A DNA stretch of 64,000 bases from Clostridiales bacterium (lineage in GTDB: Bacteria; Bacillota; Clostridia; Saccharofermentanales; Saccharofermentanaceae): positions 128,001 to 192,000 of the forward strand of contig JAFWDK010000027.1 in assembly GCA_017513085.1 (NCBI GenBank), read 5' to 3'. The position numbers were made by a program, and so were the translations under genes. This document shows positions 59,643-64,000 of the stretch, piece after piece; within the stretch, counting starts at the first letter, position 1; every line of letters starts with the position of its first letter. The notes beneath the pieces were generated by a model. It worked only from the letters and a program-made list of their open reading frames with translations, made no database searches and was not told the DNA's origin.

Positions 59643-61320
59643 TAAAAAGAAATGTTATATCTATACCCGTGTCTCCACGATGATGCAAGTCGATGGATTC
59701 AGCCTTGATGCCCAGAAAGATAAACTCCGCAAGTATGCTGATTATCAAGATTGGGAGGTCGCTGCTGAGTATTCCGACGAAGGATGCTCCGGTAAGAATA
59801 TCCAAGGCAGACCTGAGTTCTCGCGCATGATGTCAGATATTGAGGATTGCAAAGATGGAGTCAGTTATGTTCTCGTCTTTAAGCTTTCACGTTTCGGTCG
59901 TAATGCCGCAGATGTTCTGAATTCCTTGCAGATCATGCAGGATTTCGGGGTGAATCTCATCTGTGTGGAAGATGGTATCGACAGTTCCAAGGATGCAGGT
60001 AAGCTCATGATATCCGTCCTTTCCGCTGTTGCTGAGATTGAGAGGGAGAATATCCGTACTCAGACCATGGCAGGACGTGAGCAGAAAGCTCGCGAAGGCA
60101 AATGGAACGGAGGCTTTGCTCCTTATGGTTATAAGCTTGAAAATGGAGAACTCCTTATTGCCGATGATGAAGTTGAGATCATCAATATCATATTTGATCG
60201 CTATATACATACGAAGGACGGGATTAACGGCGTAGCAAGCTACCTGAATTCGCATGGCTATACAAAGAAGTTACGTCAGAATAATACTATTCCGGGGTTT
60301 TCCTCTTCATTTGTTAAGGCAGTAATAGATAATCCGATATATATGGGGAAGATAGCATACGGGCGTCGAAAGACAGAAAAGAAGATCGGTACCCGTAATG
60401 AAATGCACGTTGTGGAGCAATCTGTATTCCCTGTTTATGAAGGTGCACATGAGGCGATAATCTCTGAAGTGGACTGGAATCTTGCGCAGGAGAAGAGAAA
60501 ACTTAATGCTTACAAACGCCAGAAGGTTCATGATATCGATCACGCACATATACTTTCGGGAATCCTTAAGTGTCCTTGTTGTGGGAAGAGTCTATACGGA
60601 AATATCGCCAAGGCACACAGCAAGGATAACAAGACGCGATTCTACTACTATTGCAAGAACACCTTAGGGGCGACCGGACATCGTTGCACATTTAGACATA
60701 ATATAGAACAGACAGAGATCAACCAGATGGTTGCATCTATAATATCTGCAATGGTTACAAGACCGGACTTCAAGGAAGCGATCACCGAAAAGATAGGATC
60801 CGCTGTTGATACCAAGGATATGGAAAAACAGAAGGAAGCCTTGCAGGATAAACTCAGGCAGACTCTGGGAACCAAATCCAAGCTTGAGCATCAGATGGAC
60901 AGTCTAGATGTCCTTGATCCGCACTATGACAGGAAGATGCTGGATCTTCAAAGAAGATATGATCAGCAGTACGACATCCTTGCCGATATAGAGAATCAAA
61001 TCGAGGACCTGAAAGAACAGATTCGTCATATTCAACATGAAAATATAACCGGTAATAATATCTATCAGTTGCTTCTAACTTTCGATGAATTGTATGATGA
61101 ATTCAACGAAGCAGAGAAAAAGGATTTCATGAGATCATTCGTAGAGCGTATCGACATATATCCCGAAAAGCCTGAAAACGGCTGCTGGATAAAGAATATC
61201 GTGTTTAACTTCCCCATTCCGATGAATGGGGAAGACATCACGGAATTGCCCTTGGAATCTCAAAAGACCGCTGAGACGGTAGTTCTTCTGTCCAAACTAT
61301 CCAGCACAGCCAGGCTGTAA
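59632..61320 (+). CDS. Large serine recombinase (integrase) ending in the host RlmD tail
   Basis: YTRVST catalytic Ser, SRFGRN, APYGY, HEAII, CPCCG zinc ribbon, coiled coil; last 15 aa ETVVLLSKLSSTARL. Confidence 0.95.
   Translation: MKNNKKKCYIYTRVSTMMQVDGFSLDAQKDKLRKYADYQDWEVAAEYSDEGCSGKNIQGRPEFSRMMSDIEDCKDGVSYVLVFKLSRFGRNAADVLNSLQIMQDFGVNLICVEDGIDSSKDAGKLMISVLSAVAEIERENIRTQTMAGREQKAREGKWNGGFAPYGYKLENGELLIADDEVEIINIIFDRYIHTKDGINGVASYLNSHGYTKKLRQNNTIPGFSSSFVKAVIDNPIYMGKIAYGRRKTEKKIGTRNEMHVVEQSVFPVYEGAHEAIISEVDWNLAQEKRKLNAYKRQKVHDIDHAHILSGILKCPCCGKSLYGNIAKAHSKDNKTRFYYYCKNTLGATGHRCTFRHNIEQTEINQMVASIISAMVTRPDFKEAITEKIGSAVDTKDMEKQKEALQDKLRQTLGTKSKLEHQMDSLDVLDPHYDRKMLDLQRRYDQQYDILADIENQIEDLKEQIRHIQHENITGNNIYQLLLTFDELYDEFNEAEKKDFMRSFVERIDIYPEKPENGCWIKNIVFNFPIPMNGEDITELPLESQKTAETVVLLSKLSSTARL
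61273..61296 (+). repeat. Right attachment junction of the IME (displaced native rlmD 3' end)
   Basis: GAG ACG GTA GTT CTT CTG TCC AAA (ETVVLLSK). Confidence 0.85.
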
Positions 61321-61328
61321 ATACGTAT

Positions 61329-64000
61329 TCAGAACTGAACCTTAACTTCGTGCACGGCGCCGTCGGTAAAGATCGGCACGGCCGCGCCCTCGATCGGCGA
61401 ACCATCAACCGTGATCGTAACACCATCCTTCGTTCTGGCAAATCCCTCCGGCTTAGAGACCGTTATGTGATACTGCGCTTTACCGGATGTCACAATGATG
61501 TCTTCCGACGTATCTTCCGGACGAAGGATCGGTTCCACGATCAGAGCATCGCTGGTAAAGTCGACGCCAAAACTCGTGAAGAGGCACAGCAGGAGCCATG
61601 TGGATGTACCGGACAAAGTCGGTCCGATATTCTCGCCTGTTTCGGAGTTGTTATACTGCGTGCAAAGTCTCGGATTGCCGCAAACGGTAAAAGGCGAAGT
61701 CAACGTACGATACGGCAGGATACGGTCGATGACCCAGAATGCCGTCTTCGCCAGACGCTCAGCCAACGCCTTGTCGTTTACCGCCTTGCTGGCCTTCAGC
61801 ATCGCAGCAGCCGCCATCATGTTGGCGTGCTTAAATACCGCACCATTCTCACGGTCGCCGGCATAATACAGCGCTACGTCGATCTTCGGCGCGATCTGCG
61901 GATAATCCACACCTGTGCAAAGGCGGAAACCGAATGGTGTCTTCAGGTTCTTGTCCAGGCTATCAAGCATCGTGCTGATCTGTTCTTCAGAAGCACAATC
62001 CGCCAATACAGCCCAGCTGAAAGAATTGAGGAAGTAAGTACCGACCTTACCCTCTTCGATCACGAGCCCGTCGCCCTTAGCGCCCAGATAAGAAAGGTTC
62101 GGCTTATCCTTCCGATTAAAAAGCACTCGTGCGAAGTAGTCTTCTTTCCAGGCATACTCGTTGATGCGCTTTTTCAGGTCAACGGAAGCACCTTCCAGAT
62201 AGGAAGCATACTCTTCATCTCCAAAGTGTCTGTACATACCGATCGCAGCGTCCACGGCAACCTTCAGCAGGCATGCATTCATGACAGATTCACTGTATTC
62301 CGACTCATACGGAACTTCACCGTACTTTTTGCCGGAAGATGCCAACTGCTCCTTGTAGTTTTCGATCTTCGTCGGACCATTTACGCAATCCGGGTCGACA
62401 CGCAGGCAATCATTCCAGTCCGCACGGTCAATAAGCGGAAGTCCGTGACCACCGACGGAAATCTTATAAGAATACGTGAACACTGCCTTGATGGTCTCCA
62501 GAACAGAACGCTTCTGTCCTTCTGTCCCGGCGATCGGGAGCTCTTCCTTCAGGAAATCATAGTCACCGGTCAGGCTGATAAAGCGATCCAGCGCCTGAAG
62601 CAGCCACAGTGCATCGTCCGACCACCAGCCCGGCTCCTTGCCCTTCCAGTAGAAGTTATGGTTCGCGTAGCCTTCCTCGTAGATGTTGGAGATCCATTCG
62701 CGGAGAAGTTTCTTTACAAACTCGACTTCACCCATTCCGGCAAAGTAATACATCGATGCAAAGATATCCTGGATCTCACGGAAGCCGATCTCACGGTATC
62801 CCTTCTGCGTCCAGTCAAGAGAACGGGATACGAAAGTCTGATAGAATACCTGGAACGGCAAGTTGTTATTCACATATGCTTCGAAGTTTTTGTCTTCGTG
62901 CTTGATCTGCATGTAAGAGGCATACTTCTTGGTAAAAGAGATTACCTTATCCAGACAGGATGGCAAAGCGGCCGCGTCGGTGAAACGCTCGATCAAAGCC
63001 TCCAGTTCTTGTTTCATGGTGATGTCTTCCTTGTAGTCCGGATTGACGCAATCGGAAGACAAGCAAGTAAAGTTATCGATCTGAACTTTTGCACCGGATG
63101 CCACGGAGAACGGAGCGGAAACAGCAAAGAATCCAGGACCTTTTCTGGAATGGGCATTCGACAGCACAGAGACAAACTGCGGATCCTCCAGTGTGCCAGC
63201 ACCGACGAAATCAGCATATCTGGCGCAGAACTGGTCCGGGAAGACGACCTTGTCGCCCTCGTGAACCATCAATGTGTTGTAACGGATATTACCCTTTGTC
63301 CACTTCGGATTCGGGTTAAATGAGATCGCTCGGATCTCGTCATTGTCGCCATAGAAAACTTCGGACTGGGCAACGACAGTCGAGAAGATAACATCCTCAC
63401 GAAGCGCGTGCACTTCCTGCGTACCGAACATTCCTGTATATACGATGCGGAGATGGCGGTTGCGGTTTCCGGAGTTCGTGATCTCGATCAACTGGGCTTC
63501 TGTTGCAACAGGAAGTCCTTGCTCCTGCGGAACGATAAAGATCGTACGGCGGACAGCAAGTCCGTCCTTAAGTGTATATTCGATCACTGTACGGTTCTGG
63601 GCATGACGGCACTCTGCTTTTTCCACCGAATCCTGCTTGGCTGATCCGGAATAGAAAATGACTTTTCCGTTCTCGACGAGATAGAACTGACGGTTTGCCG
63701 GGAAACCATTCTGCTCAGGCAGATAGTCCCAACGTGTCGCCAGGACCTGCGTGTCCGCATGGGAACGGAAGCATCCGCCGCCCAGACGGTCGATCGCGCT
63801 CTTCGGCGTGCTCTGAAGCGGGTGATCGAAACCGATGCGGTTACCGATCAGAAGGTTTGTATAGTAGTGCGGTCCAGGAGCCGGAGAAGCGAGATCACAG
63901 ATCAGCTCGCCGCCTTCATCAAGTTTTCCGCCCCACTCGGAAGCATAGTCTATGATCGGAGCTGCTGCAGAAAGTATCTTCTTTCCTTCCTCTTCTTCAG
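61329..64000 (-). CDS. GH94 cellodextrin phosphorylase (N-terminus beyond window end)
   Basis: Frame is open to the window edge: GPHYYTNLLIGNR, FRSHADTQVLATRWD, GFPANRQFYL; also GFREIQD, ADWNDCL, ENGAVFKHA, resembling Clostridium thermocellum CdP. Confidence 0.88.
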   Translation of the reverse strand, partial: EEEEGKKILSAAAPIIDYASEWGGKLDEGGELICDLASPAPGPHYYTNLLIGNRIGFDHPLQSTPKSAIDRLGGGCFRSHADTQVLATRWDYLPEQNGFPANRQFYLVENGKVIFYSGSAKQDSVEKAECRHAQNRTVIEYTLKDGLAVRRTIFIVPQEQGLPVATEAQLIEITNSGNRNRHLRIVYTGMFGTQEVHALREDVIFSTVVAQSEVFYGDNDEIRAISFNPNPKWTKGNIRYNTLMVHEGDKVVFPDQFCARYADFVGAGTLEDPQFVSVLSNAHSRKGPGFFAVSAPFSVASGAKVQIDNFTCLSSDCVNPDYKEDITMKQELEALIERFTDAAALPSCLDKVISFTKKYASYMQIKHEDKNFEAYVNNNLPFQVFYQTFVSRSLDWTQKGYREIGFREIQDIFASMYYFAGMGEVEFVKKLLREWISNIYEEGYANHNFYWKGKEPGWWSDDALWLLQALDRFISLTGDYDFLKEELPIAGTEGQKRSVLETIKAVFTYSYKISVGGHGLPLIDRADWNDCLRVDPDCVNGPTKIENYKEQLASSGKKYGEVPYESEYSESVMNACLLKVAVDAAIGMYRHFGDEEYASYLEGASVDLKKRINEYAWKEDYFARVLFNRKDKPNLSYLGAKGDGLVIEEGKVGTYFLNSFSWAVLADCASEEQISTMLDSLDKNLKTPFGFRLCTGVDYPQIAPKIDVALYYAGDRENGAVFKHANMMAAAAMLKASKAVNDKALAERLAKTAFWVIDRILPYRTLTSPFTVCGNPRLCTQYNNSETGENIGPTLSGTSTWLLLCLFTSFGVDFTSDALIVEPILRPEDTSEDIIVTSGKAQYHITVSKPEGFARTKDGVTITVDGSPIEGAAVPIFTDGAVHEVKVQF

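Larger units (their letters stand above)
47712..61277. mobile_element. Integrative mobilizable element (~13.6 kb) inserted in the 3' end of rlmD
   Basis: GAGAC core at 47712 and 61273, both starting ETVVLLSK-coding tracts; serine recombinase at right end, MOBQ relaxase, oriT, AT-rich cargo, no conjugation machinery. Confidence 0.9.

Noticed and set aside
47712-61277. Self-transmissible ICE or prophage
   Set aside because: No VirB4/VirD4, mating-pair or phage structural genes; only relaxase, oriT and recombinase
61350-63323. 657-aa plus-strand ORF
   Set aside because: Antisense shadow of the GH94 phosphorylase
63624-63626. ORF-track start of the GH94 gene at 63626
   Set aside because: The frame stays open with conserved phosphorylase sequence to the window end, so the true start is outside the window

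Overview
Chromosomal segment of an anaerobic, probably plant-polysaccharide-fermenting Bacillota (Clostridia-like) bacterium; the taxonomy is inferred from gene content. The backbone carries cca (partial), tRNA-Ala(CGC), a two-gene SufCB cluster, a BceRS/BceAB-like module, mnmA, nadA, an ABC-2 exporter, a nine-gene V/A-type ATPase operon, hydF, a CUT1 ABC importer with an OB-fold lipoprotein, a class A PBP, rlmD and a GH94 cellodextrin phosphorylase (partial). There are two accessory regions. The first is an AT-rich islet (~34.0-37.2 kb) encoding a divergent unknown protein and a DUF4417 / short-leader Tox-GHH nuclease / immunity operon with no recognisable delivery domain. The second is a ~13.6 kb integrative mobilizable element (MOBQ relaxase, oriT, large serine recombinase) inserted in the 3' end of rlmD so that RlmD and the recombinase have exchanged C-termini in frame. 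Its cargo includes a BlaI/BlaR1-like pair whose operator boxes point to a DUF2079 membrane protein. Also noted are a dispersed ~78-bp palindrome in two copies and several full-length enzymes with apparently degenerate active sites (Fe-ADH, GH31, CAT, NERD). All family calls come from motif recognition by eye; no database searches were run.
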